From contig CAXXXD010000002.1 of assembly GCA_963663385.2 (NCBI GenBank), forward strand, positions 1,568,001-1,632,000: a stretch of DNA of 64,000 nt, read 5' to 3'. The notes below the pieces were generated by a model. That model was not told where the DNA came from. It did no database searches and saw nothing but the letters and a program-made list of their open reading frames with translations. Made by a program: the position numbers and the translations under genes. This document shows, one piece after another, positions 28,701-38,176 of this stretch (positions are counted from its first letter, which is position 1; each line of letters starts with the position of its first letter). Origin of the DNA: Oceanispirochaeta sp. (GTDB lineage: Bacteria > Spirochaetota > Spirochaetia > DSM-2461).

Positions 28701-30200
28701 ATGAATGAAGACTATGTCTTGCAACTGAAAAATATTAAGAAGGAATACCCCGGTGTAATGGCGCTTAAAGATGTATCTCTTAACGTCAGGCCGGGTGAAA
28801 TCCTTGGACTGATTGGTGAAAATGGGGCGGGGAAGTCTACACTGATTAAAACATGTTCCGGTGCCGTTATTCCGACATCCGGAAAAATAGTAGTTAATGG
28901 CAAAGAGTTTGAGCATATGAGTCCCCAGTTGGCCCAGGAAAATGGTATTGCCATTATTTATCAGGAATTTAATAACGTAAGTGAATTGTCTGCAGCTGAA
29001 AACCTGTTTCTGGGTAATCCCATCAGAAAAGGGATAATGATTGATCGCAAGGCCATGGAAAAGGAAGCCGAGAAAGCATTTGCCCAGTTGAATATCAAGA
29101 TTGATCCAAAAGTACTGGTTGGGGAGCTGACAGTCGGCTATCAGCAGATGATTGAGATTGCCAAAGCAATCCGTCTGGATGCCAAAGTACTCATTATGGA
29201 TGAGCCTTCCGCTCCTTTGACAAATGTGGAGGTAGAAAGCCTTTATAAGGTTTGTGAACTCCTCAAGTCAAAAGGTGTTTCCATTATTTATATATCCCAT
29301 AAACTCGAAGAAATTTTTAAACTGTCCAGTAGAATTGTTGTTTTAAGGGACGGTGAGTATATAGATACACTGCAAACTGCAGAAAGCAACGTAGACGAAC
29401 TGATCCAGTTAATGGTCGGTCGGGAACTGAAAGATACATTTCCTCCCAGAGACCCTGTACCCGAAGAGGCCGAGGTTGTTTTTGAAGCTCAGGATGTTTC
29501 CGGAAACGGTGATCACAATGTAAATCTGAAGATCAGAAAGGGCGAGGTTCTGGGACTGGGCGGTCTTGTAGGCGCCGGTAGAACCGAATTCGCCCAGATG
29601 GTATTTGGAGCCCATCATAAAACTGATGGAAAATTCTTTTTTAAGGGAAAGGAAATCAGTCCCATGTCGCCCCGGGAAGCCATTGATTTGGGGATAGCCC
29701 TTGTTCCGGAAGACAGAAAACGACACGGTGCTCTTCTGGGAATTTCCGTTAAAAATAATATCAATATGCCAATCTATCAGAGCATTTCAAAGTTATCGGT
29801 AATAGATTCTTCGAAGGAAACCGTAATTACCGAAAAATACCGGAACGAACTAATGATAAAGACTCCTACCATTCAGCAGAAAGTAAAAAACCTGAGCGGT
29901 GGAAACCAGCAGAAAGTTATTCTGGGAAAATGGCTGGCCGCCAATTCGGAACTGATTATCCTTGACGAACCTACCAGGGGAATCGATGTCGGGGCAAAGT
30001 TTGAAATCTACAAGCTGATTAATCAGCTGGTGGAAATTGGCAAAACCGTACTGCTTATCTCGTCAGAAATGGAAGAGCTGATGGGTATGTCCGACCGGAT
30101 AGTTGTCTTTGCGGAAGGGCGGATAACGGGTGAACTGAAGAAAGAGGAATTTGAGCAGCACCTGATTTTAAAAATGGCATCTGATGTTCAGGAGGATTAA
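28701..30200 (+). CDS. Sugar ABC ATP-binding protein (RbsA/MglA type, two ABC domains)
   Basis: GENGAGKST, MDEPSA, LSGGNQQK and DEPTRGIDVGAK. Confidence 0.96.
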   Translation: MNEDYVLQLKNIKKEYPGVMALKDVSLNVRPGEILGLIGENGAGKSTLIKTCSGAVIPTSGKIVVNGKEFEHMSPQLAQENGIAIIYQEFNNVSELSAAENLFLGNPIRKGIMIDRKAMEKEAEKAFAQLNIKIDPKVLVGELTVGYQQMIEIAKAIRLDAKVLIMDEPSAPLTNVEVESLYKVCELLKSKGVSIIYISHKLEEIFKLSSRIVVLRDGEYIDTLQTAESNVDELIQLMVGRELKDTFPPRDPVPEEAEVVFEAQDVSGNGDHNVNLKIRKGEVLGLGGLVGAGRTEFAQMVFGAHHKTDGKFFFKGKEISPMSPREAIDLGIALVPEDRKRHGALLGISVKNNINMPIYQSISKLSVIDSSKETVITEKYRNELMIKTPTIQQKVKNLSGGNQQKVILGKWLAANSELIILDEPTRGIDVGAKFEIYKLINQLVEIGKTVLLISSEMEELMGMSDRIVVFAEGRITGELKKEEFEQHLILKMASDVQED

Positions 30201-30202
30201 GG

Positions 30203-31150
30203 ATGAAGGAAAAAATTGTAAATAGAATCAAAAAGAGCGCCATCTGGTTCGTTCTTTTAATGTTGGTTGTGATTTTTACATCGGCCAACCCCAGGTTCCT
30301 GTCTATGAATAACCTTTTTACGGTTGCCAGGCAGGTTTCCATGTATGGTATTGCTTCCATCGGTATGACTTTTGTTATTCTGATTGCGGGAATTGATCTA
30401 TCTACCGGTTCGATCATTACCATTGTCAATGTTGTGTGTGCCTATCTGATGGTAAACATGGGACTTGGCATGGTTGAAGCTGTATCGCTCTCTATTGTTA
30501 TGGCTACCGTTATTGGTCTACTCAACGGTATGCTGATTTCAACTATCGGTATTCCGGCCATTATTGCTACATTTGCCACCCAAACCATATTTGCCGGTAT
30601 TGCCTACCTGATTTCTGGGGGAACACCTATTTATGGATTTGATCCAAGATTTAAAATTATCGGTCAGGGGTATCTGGGGCCTGTTCCTGTTCCGGTAATC
30701 ATCATGGCTGTATGTTTTGCGGCAGGTGCCTTTATTCTTAACAAAACCTACTTCGGCCGGTATTTTTATGCTGTAGGTGGTAACGAGGAGGCTTCCGAGC
30801 TGTCCGGTATCCGTGTTGGACGCGTTAAATACCTGATTTACGCTCTGTCCGGTCTGTTTGCCGGTCTGGCCGGTATTGTAATGCTTTCCAGAACCAACTC
30901 TGCCCAGCCAACTGCCGGTCTAGGGTATGAATTTGATGTTATTACCTGTGTTGTACTGGGCGGTGTGTCCATTGTCGGCGGTTTCGGGAAAATCTCCGGG
31001 GTTATTGCGGGTGTTCTTATTATCGGTGTTCTGACAAATGGTATGGTACTCCTCAATGTAAGCAACTATACGCAAATGGTCGTAAAAGGCCTTGTTCTGA
31101 TTCTTGCGGTAGGTTTCGATACTCTGCAGAAGAAGAGGGCTATCGTCTGA
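30203..31150 (+). CDS. Sugar ABC permease (RbsC type)
   Basis: GIDLSTGS, GRYFYAVGGNEEAS and VVLGGVS. Confidence 0.95.
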   Translation: MKEKIVNRIKKSAIWFVLLMLVVIFTSANPRFLSMNNLFTVARQVSMYGIASIGMTFVILIAGIDLSTGSIITIVNVVCAYLMVNMGLGMVEAVSLSIVMATVIGLLNGMLISTIGIPAIIATFATQTIFAGIAYLISGGTPIYGFDPRFKIIGQGYLGPVPVPVIIMAVCFAAGAFILNKTYFGRYFYAVGGNEEASELSGIRVGRVKYLIYALSGLFAGLAGIVMLSRTNSAQPTAGLGYEFDVITCVVLGGVSIVGGFGKISGVIAGVLIIGVLTNGMVLLNVSNYTQMVVKGLVLILAVGFDTLQKKRAIV

Positions 31151-31161
31151 TTTTTCTCCGG

Positions 31162-31189
31162 GCCATGGGATATGGGGTTATCCCATGGC
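31162..31189. terminator. Stem-loop after the ABC operon
   Basis: gccatgggata-tggggt-tatcccatggc, perfect 11-bp stem. Confidence 0.65.
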
Positions 31190-31249
31190 TATAAGTCAGG
31201 CAGTTGTATTATTCCAGTTTTAATTACTGTTAAAGGAATCTATTGAACT

Positions 31250-31558
31250 CTAAGACGACAGGTCAATCGACTCTCTCAGTTTTCCCATCTTTCTTGCCAT
31301 ACCTTCCAGATCACAGAGGGTATGGATAAATCCTTCTGCCTTTTTATAGGAGATTAAACCTCCCCCGGTAAAAAAGCTGTAATAAACAGGATCGGGAACT
31401 GAGGGGAAATCTTCTATGGATATTTTACCTGCCTCTCCTACTATCTCCTCTGGTTCCAGATGACTTATCCCGCCCCGCAGAATATAACGCCCCGGGCAGC
31501 CCGGCAGGGGCTTCCAGTTATAACGGTGCAGCAGCGTATTAAAATAGTCCGCTTTCAT
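31250..31558 (-). CDS. Hypothetical protein (WKPLPGCPGRY / GGGLISY / HTL motifs)
   Basis: 102-aa ORF just downstream of sixA on the same strand, with conserved-looking motifs. Confidence 0.7.
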   Translation of the reverse strand: MKADYFNTLLHRYNWKPLPGCPGRYILRGGISHLEPEEIVGEAGKISIEDFPSVPDPVYYSFFTGGGLISYKKAEGFIHTLCDLEGMARKMGKLRESIDLSS

Positions 31559-31579
31559 ATACTTTCAATTTAACGCCCT

Positions 31580-32038
31580 TCAGGGAATATCCGGATGAAT
31601 AATCCACTTAATAAGCCATTTACCTTCTCTGTTTTCCAGGGATATTACAGCGGAGTTCCTGAACTGAACCGGACAGGCATCACCCTTCCCTGAGAGCAAT
31701 CGGGACAGCAGGTGGGAGAGATAGGGCAGGTGCCCCACAATCAGCAGATCCCTGCTACTGGTCCGAATCTCTTCCAGAAGAGGCTCGACGGAATCATCGG
31801 GAGCAAGCTGGGGATGTTCTGTGATTCCTCTATTATTTAGAAGCTTTTCTGCAAATAACTCTGCGGTCTGTCTGGCCCTCAGTTTATCGGAATGGAAAAT
31901 CTCCAGCGGCGGAGGATCCGTTTTATAAAGCAGGGAGGCTGTTTTGATTGTTTCGGCAATCCCGTCCCTGTTCAGTCCACGCTGTGGTTCTTCATCCTTT
32001 GTTTTGGCTTTTCCATGCTGTACCAGGTAGAGTTTCAT
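31580..32038 (-). CDS. sixA: Phosphohistidine phosphatase SixA (QHG variant)
   Basis: LYLVQHG, HSDKLRARQTA and IVGHLP. Confidence 0.88.
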   Translation of the reverse strand: MKLYLVQHGKAKTKDEEPQRGLNRDGIAETIKTASLLYKTDPPPLEIFHSDKLRARQTAELFAEKLLNNRGITEHPQLAPDDSVEPLLEEIRTSSRDLLIVGHLPYLSHLLSRLLSGKGDACPVQFRNSAVISLENREGKWLIKWIIHPDIP

Positions 32039-32154
32039 ATGTATCCCCCTGTTTTTATCATAGGGTAAATAAGCAGTCACTGCACGGAAATTCTATTGGA
32101 GAAGCAGATGCGGGTATTTAGGGCAGTTCAGTCTATCAGGTATTTTCTTAAAAC

Positions 32155-32961
32155 TCATTTATTTACTTTTACAGCTAATTTGAGCACGTACTCTTCCGGT
32201 CTGCTGACGCCGTAATCCCCGATAACGATTTCTTCAAAAATCCATTTGTCCAGGGTAAGATGATTTTCTTCAGCATAGGTAAATATTTTTTTATGAGTAT
32301 CTCTTAATTTTTCATACCCGCCTGTATGGTAGGTAACCAGATAGTCTCCCTCAGGCTTTATCATGGTTGCATTATTATCATGACTCAAACCATGTACATA
32401 AAAGTGATAGTGTTTTTTTTCTTCTCCAATTTTCAAATCCTGAATACGCCGTATCATGCCGGATGGAAAAATATACCCATTTTCCCTTACGGATGTTACA
32501 AGATTCCCGAATACACTGGTCATTTTGTAATCATCGGCCTCTTGCATAGGGGCTGACAGTACTAAAACTGCTTCGGGCTCTCTGGCAATAAAAACAGGAT
32601 TTTCGGTACTAAGCGCCTTTTCAGCACTTCTGCACAAATAGTTCAGATTTTGCTTTATCTGTTGTAACTCTTTAATCTTTTTATCTATGACTGCCGTCTG
32701 ATCTGTAAATAATTCAATCATCTTCCGGGGGCTACGATTTTCTAGATACCCTTCTATTTCTTTAAGAGACATACCGGTAAGCTTCAACTGGGCAATTGTA
32801 CAAAATGTATCATATTGAAGAATATCATAGTATCGGTAGCCTTTTTCATCCGTATAGGCCGGCAGAAATATCCCGATATCTTCATAATGGAACAGGGTAT
32901 GTTTCGTTATATTGCATAATCTGGCAAAGGCTCCGGTTGTTAACAGATTATTTTTCTTCAT
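32155..32961 (-). CDS. MerR family regulator (BltR/BmrR type, GyrI-like C-terminus)
   Basis: TTGAFARLCNITKHTLFHYEDIG, GYRYY and GMSLKEI. Confidence 0.93.
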   Translation of the reverse strand: MKKNNLLTTGAFARLCNITKHTLFHYEDIGIFLPAYTDEKGYRYYDILQYDTFCTIAQLKLTGMSLKEIEGYLENRSPRKMIELFTDQTAVIDKKIKELQQIKQNLNYLCRSAEKALSTENPVFIAREPEAVLVLSAPMQEADDYKMTSVFGNLVTSVRENGYIFPSGMIRRIQDLKIGEEKKHYHFYVHGLSHDNNATMIKPEGDYLVTYHTGGYEKLRDTHKKIFTYAEENHLTLDKWIFEEIVIGDYGVSRPEEYVLKLAVKVNK

Positions 32962-32975
32962 ATATTAAATCCTTC

Positions 32976-33006
32976 TTGACTGTCGGGTAACCCTATACAT
33001 TATCTT
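32976..33006 (+). promoter_or_regulatory. MerR-type promoter/operator with 19-bp spacer
   Basis: TTGACT-gtcgggtaaccctatacat-TATCTT, with a gggt-a-accc dyad in the spacer. Confidence 0.75.
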
Positions 33007-33042
33007 GCTTTTATTATGAAGAAACAAGATTGGAGTTATAAT

Positions 33043-33630
33043 ATGAAAGTCACTTTTATCATCGGAAGTCCCAGGAAAGAGGGAAATACTGCAACAATTG
33101 TAAAAAAACTGGCAGAGCAGCTGAAAGATAATATGAATTGTGAAATTATCTATTTATCAGATCATAAATTAAATGGGTGTACAGGGTGTTCTCATTGTCA
33201 GGGCGTTATGGAAGATCTCGGCTGTATAAAAGATGATGATATAGATAAACTTTTGCGGAAAATTCTCATTTCTGATGCCGTTATTTATTGTACGCCCCTG
33301 TACGGTCATTCCTATTCCGGTCAGCTGAAGCTGTTTCTGGACAGGCACGTTGCCTTATTCAAGTTTATAGAGGGTAAAAGCAATTCTGTTGATAAAATGG
33401 AAATACACTCATTTATAGAAGATAAGAAAATCGGGCTGCTTGTCTCCTGCCAGGGGCCGGAGGAAGATAACACGGAGCTGATTAAAGCACAATTTGATAA
33501 ACTGTGTGAATCATCTTTAGCCCGCTGTTTGGGAAAGTACATTTTTCCATTATGTTCACCCGAAAAATATAATTCCTCTTATTCTGATGATACTCTCCGG
33601 AAAATTCAAAATGATATCCTCAGTATATAA
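33043..33630 (+). CDS. Flavodoxin-fold iron-sulfur flavoprotein / NADPH-dependent FMN reductase
   Basis: GSPRKEGNT, CTGCSHC...C, TPLY and LKLFLDR. Confidence 0.88.
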   Translation: MKVTFIIGSPRKEGNTATIVKKLAEQLKDNMNCEIIYLSDHKLNGCTGCSHCQGVMEDLGCIKDDDIDKLLRKILISDAVIYCTPLYGHSYSGQLKLFLDRHVALFKFIEGKSNSVDKMEIHSFIEDKKIGLLVSCQGPEEDNTELIKAQFDKLCESSLARCLGKYIFPLCSPEKYNSSYSDDTLRKIQNDILSI

Positions 33631-33691
33631 ACGGGGCGGGATTTTCCAAAGCTGATGCGACTCCGTTTCGCCTGTCACGATCTGACGGAAG

Positions 33692-33730
33692 ACCGGTATT
33701 CCCGGCTCTCAGCGAGTCGGAAATACCGGT
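33692..33730. terminator. Long stem-loop between convergent genes
   Basis: accggtattcccggctc-tcagc-gagtcggaaataccggt. Confidence 0.6.
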
Positions 33731-33765
33731 ACGGCAGTCTCTCTGTCTTTTACGGAAGCAATCTA

Positions 33766-36258
33766 TTAATAAGTATTACGCAAAGAGCGGACTGCTATAT
33801 CCTTCAGACTTTTATCCGCTTCCGGACCGTGTACGATCCGGATCTCCCGGGTCTCACCGGGAGCCAGGTCAAAATAGTTATCCGAAAAGATCCGGTCCCT
33901 CCCTTTAAGCTCCGTATACAGTGAAGCCCTTTGTGAGGATACCTCGATAATTCTGCCGTCGGAATCTTTTTTTACCCGGCAGGAGATCTCCGGTTCCGGA
34001 AGATTCAGGTACTTCCAGGGCAGAAAATAGTGGCAGGTTCTAAAAGACTCTCCCGACCTCTCATCCCGGAATTCCGCTCTGACCATGCAGTCCCTTTTTT
34101 CTTCGCTTCCTATTCCCCTGATGACCTCCCGGGAGATTTCATGGACAAGGTGACTGGAGAAAGGTTCCGTCCCGACAGTTTTCTTCTCTCCATAGAGTAC
34201 TTCCCCGGTGGTCATATGCAATATCCGGACAGTCAGAGTTCCTTCTGTTCCTTCAAATGATTCGCATGAGAGATGTACGGCGCAGCTTTCCTCATCCCCG
34301 TCGATGGACAGGAGAATATTGTGATAACTTCGTTTTGCTTCGTAGTGAAGCATCTTCCACCTTCCGTAGTAGTCCACACTGGACCAGGAGGCAACCGGCC
34401 AGTTGTCGTTCAGCTGCCAGTACACAGCCCCCATACAGCGACCCCGGTTACGCCGCCAGTGCTGCACCCCCGCTTTTATCGCTTCGCTCTGACTTATCTG
34501 GGAAACATAGGCCAGATGGTCCAGAGAGGAGGGGTAGCGGTAGTATTTGGAAAGATAGGCCAGGATCTTGGGATTTCCTCCGATCCTTTTCTGATGTTCT
34601 TCCATGACGGGGGAGAAGAGGTTTCTGTCCTCAGGCAGGGTGAACGACTCTATTGTTTCGATACAGGGGAGGGACTCGAATCCGAATTCCGACATAAAAC
34701 GAAAGTAGTGGTTTTTATACTCCGTATAATCCTTGTTACTGTGCCATACCTCCCAGAAGTGACAGTCTCCCCGGTTCGGATCATTGGGTTCTTCGAAGTA
34801 GCCCGTCGAAGAGGGGGAGGAGGGCCAGTAGAACAGCTCCGGGCAGATCCTCTGATGGATTTCGGGAATTATCACATGGTACTGTTTGAGGTACTCGAAC
34901 TCCTGTTCCCTGGTCTGTACAAACCGGTCCCAGTTGACGAAGGCCCATTCCATCTCGTTGTTTCCGCAAATCAGTCCGATACAGGGGTGATGACGGATCC
35001 TCCTCAGATTATCCTCTATTTCGCAGGTGATCTCCTGTATAAACGAGTCCTCCCTGACATCGTATATGGCACAGGCAAACATCAGATCCTGCCAGACGAT
35101 AAGACCATAACGGTCGCAGAGGTCGTAGAACTCATCATCCGGATAGACGCCCCCTCCCCAGACCCGCAGGGTATTGAAATTGGCTTCGGCACAGTCTCTG
35201 ACAAGACGCTCCCGCTCTGCAGCTGAAGTCCTCCTGAGGAATACGTCCTCGGGAATGTAGTTCGCCCCTCGGGAGAAGACAGGCTGACCGTTTATTGTAA
35301 AGTGAAAGGTTTCGCCCCACTCATCAGGAAGCTGCTCTACCGTCAAGGTCCGCAGTCCGATTGTCCGTTCTGTCTGATCCAGCCGGTTCCCCTCCGAATC
35401 CGCAAGTAGAATCTCCACGCGATAGAGGGGCTGTTCCCCCAGGCCGTTGATCCACCAGAGGCGGGGATTGTCAATCCGGATCTTTCCTTCCCAGTTTACG
35501 TCCCCGGCAGTGAAATCTTTCTGCAGAGTGTGAATCAGTTCCCCTTCAGGATCGTAGATCCGGCACTCGGCCGTGGCGGATGCCATGGCGAGATGCCCGA
35601 TGGAGCTGAACAGGGTCAGATCTACTGCTCCCTTTTCGTGTTTCTGAGTGATATAAAAGTCTGTAATCCGGGCGGTTTCATAACGGCAGAGCCGGATATC
35701 CCGCCATATCCCCAGATCCGGCACCTGGGGACCCCAGTCCCATCCGTAGCTGCAGTGGCTTTTGCGGATCATCTCGAATCCCTCCACTGTTGTCACGCCG
35801 TCATCCCCGTCGATCCAGAGAGGGCGTCGTTTGTGTTCTTTCCTGATAAAATCCAGGGAGTTGCGGAACAGAATCTCAATACTGTTTTCTCCCTCTGTCA
35901 GAAAGGAACGGACCGGGAAGGCATACTGCCGATGCATATTGGCGGTTTTACCAACGAGCCGGCCGTTCAGGCGGATTTCGCACAGCGTATCCAGCCCGTC
36001 TGCCTCCAGACAGATTTCCGAATGATCTTCCCCTGTCAGCCAGTCGGAGGGAAGGTCAAATCTGCGATAGTATACATAGTCCCGATCCGCCAGAGAGATG
36101 GAACGCCTGTTATTTTCCCGGAAGAAGAGGCCTTCCTCTCCGTAGCAGCCCTGTTTCTCCATCTCTTCCAGAAGAGACCCCGGAACGGTTCCCCTCAGTT
36201 TTAATTCTCCGTCGATGGAGCGGATATCCCACTCTCCTGTCAGCGGAATTCTTTTCAT
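33766..36258 (-). CDS. GH2 beta-mannosidase (no signal peptide)
   Basis: YGWDWGP, RGANYIP, LRVWGGG, CGNNE (acid/base), FMSEFG (nucleophile) and YWQLNDNWP. Confidence 0.93.
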   Translation of the reverse strand: MKRIPLTGEWDIRSIDGELKLRGTVPGSLLEEMEKQGCYGEEGLFFRENNRRSISLADRDYVYYRRFDLPSDWLTGEDHSEICLEADGLDTLCEIRLNGRLVGKTANMHRQYAFPVRSFLTEGENSIEILFRNSLDFIRKEHKRRPLWIDGDDGVTTVEGFEMIRKSHCSYGWDWGPQVPDLGIWRDIRLCRYETARITDFYITQKHEKGAVDLTLFSSIGHLAMASATAECRIYDPEGELIHTLQKDFTAGDVNWEGKIRIDNPRLWWINGLGEQPLYRVEILLADSEGNRLDQTERTIGLRTLTVEQLPDEWGETFHFTINGQPVFSRGANYIPEDVFLRRTSAAERERLVRDCAEANFNTLRVWGGGVYPDDEFYDLCDRYGLIVWQDLMFACAIYDVREDSFIQEITCEIEDNLRRIRHHPCIGLICGNNEMEWAFVNWDRFVQTREQEFEYLKQYHVIIPEIHQRICPELFYWPSSPSSTGYFEEPNDPNRGDCHFWEVWHSNKDYTEYKNHYFRFMSEFGFESLPCIETIESFTLPEDRNLFSPVMEEHQKRIGGNPKILAYLSKYYRYPSSLDHLAYVSQISQSEAIKAGVQHWRRNRGRCMGAVYWQLNDNWPVASWSSVDYYGRWKMLHYEAKRSYHNILLSIDGDEESCAVHLSCESFEGTEGTLTVRILHMTTGEVLYGEKKTVGTEPFSSHLVHEISREVIRGIGSEEKRDCMVRAEFRDERSGESFRTCHYFLPWKYLNLPEPEISCRVKKDSDGRIIEVSSQRASLYTELKGRDRIFSDNYFDLAPGETREIRIVHGPEADKSLKDIAVRSLRNTY

Positions 36259-36318
36259 AATCTGTTTCTCCCCGGAATAATCGATCTATCGGGCGGCTGT
36301 TCCGCCCCGAAAGCGGTT

Positions 36319-37173
36319 TTATCCCTTCACCGATCCCTCGGTCATTCCTTTGATGATTTTCCTGTTGAATCCCAGGTAGATTCCGATAATCGGCAGTGTA
36401 GCGATCACTATCCCTGCCATTTGCAGGGGATAATCCGTGGAGTACTCGCCCTTGAAACTTACCAGCCCCAGAGGGATGGTTTTCAGTTTCTGACTGTTGA
36501 TCAGCACCAGTGCAAAGGGGTACTCATTCCAGTTTGATATAAAGGCAAGAAGCGCTACTGCAACAATAACCGGTTTGGCACAGGGGAAGATAATAGAGAA
36601 CATGGTTCTCAGAATCCCGCTTCCCTCCATAAAGGCCGCTTCATCCAGATCTTTGGGAATTCCGCGAATATATCCCTCGATAAGAAAGAGGGAAAAAGGC
36701 AGATTAAAAGCCACATAGGGAAAAATCAGAGTCATCCGGGTATTGAATAGTCCCATGGCTTTGAACTGAATAAACACCGGAACCAGTAGAGCATGAATGG
36801 GAATCAGCATACCGAACAGAAAGAGATAGTAAATAACCCTGTTGCCCCGGAAAGGGAACCGGGCCAGCAGATAGGCGATGGTAAAGGCGATCAGTACCAC
36901 AAGCCCCATCGAAAAAATGGCATTGAAGGCACTGTTCAGTGAGAGCAGCCCCAGATTGGCTGAGGTAAAAGCTCTGACATAATTGCTGAATTGAGGGACC
37001 TTCGGGAAACTGAAGATATCCTGGCTGAATTCCCGGTTTGTCTTAAGGGAAGAGTAGCCCAGCCAGATTACCGGAAAAATACAGGAGAGGGAAATCAGCC
37101 ACACAATCCCGTTCAGGAATGAAACCCGCCCTTTTTTTATAATCTTTATGACCGGATCAGAATTGTTCTTCAT
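36319..37173 (-). CDS. Carbohydrate ABC permease (CUT1, MalG-like)
   Basis: IPKDLDEAAFMEG EAA loop; WNEY. Confidence 0.93.
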   Translation of the reverse strand: MKNNSDPVIKIIKKGRVSFLNGIVWLISLSCIFPVIWLGYSSLKTNREFSQDIFSFPKVPQFSNYVRAFTSANLGLLSLNSAFNAIFSMGLVVLIAFTIAYLLARFPFRGNRVIYYLFLFGMLIPIHALLVPVFIQFKAMGLFNTRMTLIFPYVAFNLPFSLFLIEGYIRGIPKDLDEAAFMEGSGILRTMFSIIFPCAKPVIVAVALLAFISNWNEYPFALVLINSQKLKTIPLGLVSFKGEYSTDYPLQMAGIVIATLPIIGIYLGFNRKIIKGMTEGSVKG

Positions 37174-38053
37174 TTTTACTCCTCATAATTGACCGGGATC
37201 CCATAATAATCAGCATACTGATCAGCAGGATGCCGATAGAGGCGGCGCTTCCGTAACCCAGTTTGTATTTTACAAAAGAATTCCGGTAGGCATACATGGC
37301 CATTACCATGGAACTGTTTCCCGGCCCGCCTGAAGTCATAATCAGGATATGGGTGAATATCTTCATACTGCCGGAAATACACATCATAACGCAGACAATT
37401 ATTGTGTTTTTTACCAGGGGGTAGACTATATAGACCAGTTTCCGCCAGCCTACAGCTGCGTCAAGATCAGCCGATTCGAAAATCTCCCTGGGGATGGCGG
37501 TAATACCGGACGCGATAATTACCATATAGTAGCCGATATACTGCCAGACAATGGGGGCACAGACTGAATAAATGACAATTTTCGGATCATCCAGCCAGGG
37601 TTTAATAAGAGAATCCAGCTTTACCCCTCTCAGGATGAAATTAAGGAGACCGTACTCACGGCTGTAAACCATAGTCCAGATAAAACCTATAATAATGGCC
37701 GCCAGAACCACCGGAAAGAATATTACAGACCGGTGAAATCCCTTGAACCGGATATCTCTAGTAGTAAAGAGAGTCGCCAGAATCAGAGCTATTCCAACCT
37801 GTCCGACAATACTGATCAGTCCGATCAGAAGGTTGTTTTTCAGGGCACCCCAGAAAAGGGGGTCTGAAAACAGGAACTTATAGTTATCCAGGCCGGTGAA
37901 GGATCGCTCAATGCCTCCCGACCATTTGAAAAAACTCAAACCCAAAGCATTGATAATGGGAAAAAAGGCAATTCCCGCATACAGGATCACTCCGGGAGCC
38001 AGCAGCATTATAAGGACGGACTTCCGGGGATACAGGGCACTTTTCGTGTTCAT
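37157..38053 (-). CDS. Carbohydrate ABC permease (CUT1, MalF-like)
   Basis: GLDNY, WQYIGY, ESADLD and GGPGNSS. Confidence 0.93.
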   Translation of the reverse strand: MNTKSALYPRKSVLIMLLAPGVILYAGIAFFPIINALGLSFFKWSGGIERSFTGLDNYKFLFSDPLFWGALKNNLLIGLISIVGQVGIALILATLFTTRDIRFKGFHRSVIFFPVVLAAIIIGFIWTMVYSREYGLLNFILRGVKLDSLIKPWLDDPKIVIYSVCAPIVWQYIGYYMVIIASGITAIPREIFESADLDAAVGWRKLVYIVYPLVKNTIIVCVMMCISGSMKIFTHILIMTSGGPGNSSMVMAMYAYRNSFVKYKLGYGSAASIGILLISMLIIMGSRSIMRSKNEEQF

Positions 38054-38129
38054 TGAAAACTCCGATGAGATAGATGTCCCTACTGATCCCGCAGGATCAG
38101 CAAAGCACATTTTCTTTTGAAATAAGGTC

Positions 38130-38159
38130 CCTCTGCCGGAACAGAATTTCCGGCAGAGG
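38130..38159 (-). terminator. Stem-loop between the substrate-binding gene and permease
   Basis: cctctgccggaa-cagaat-ttccggcagagg, perfect 12-bp stem. Confidence 0.6.
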
Positions 38160-38176
38160 AAGAGAAAAGGGGAAGA

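Noticed and set aside
34273..35226. 317-aa plus-strand ORF
   Set aside because: Antisense shadow of the GH2 gene
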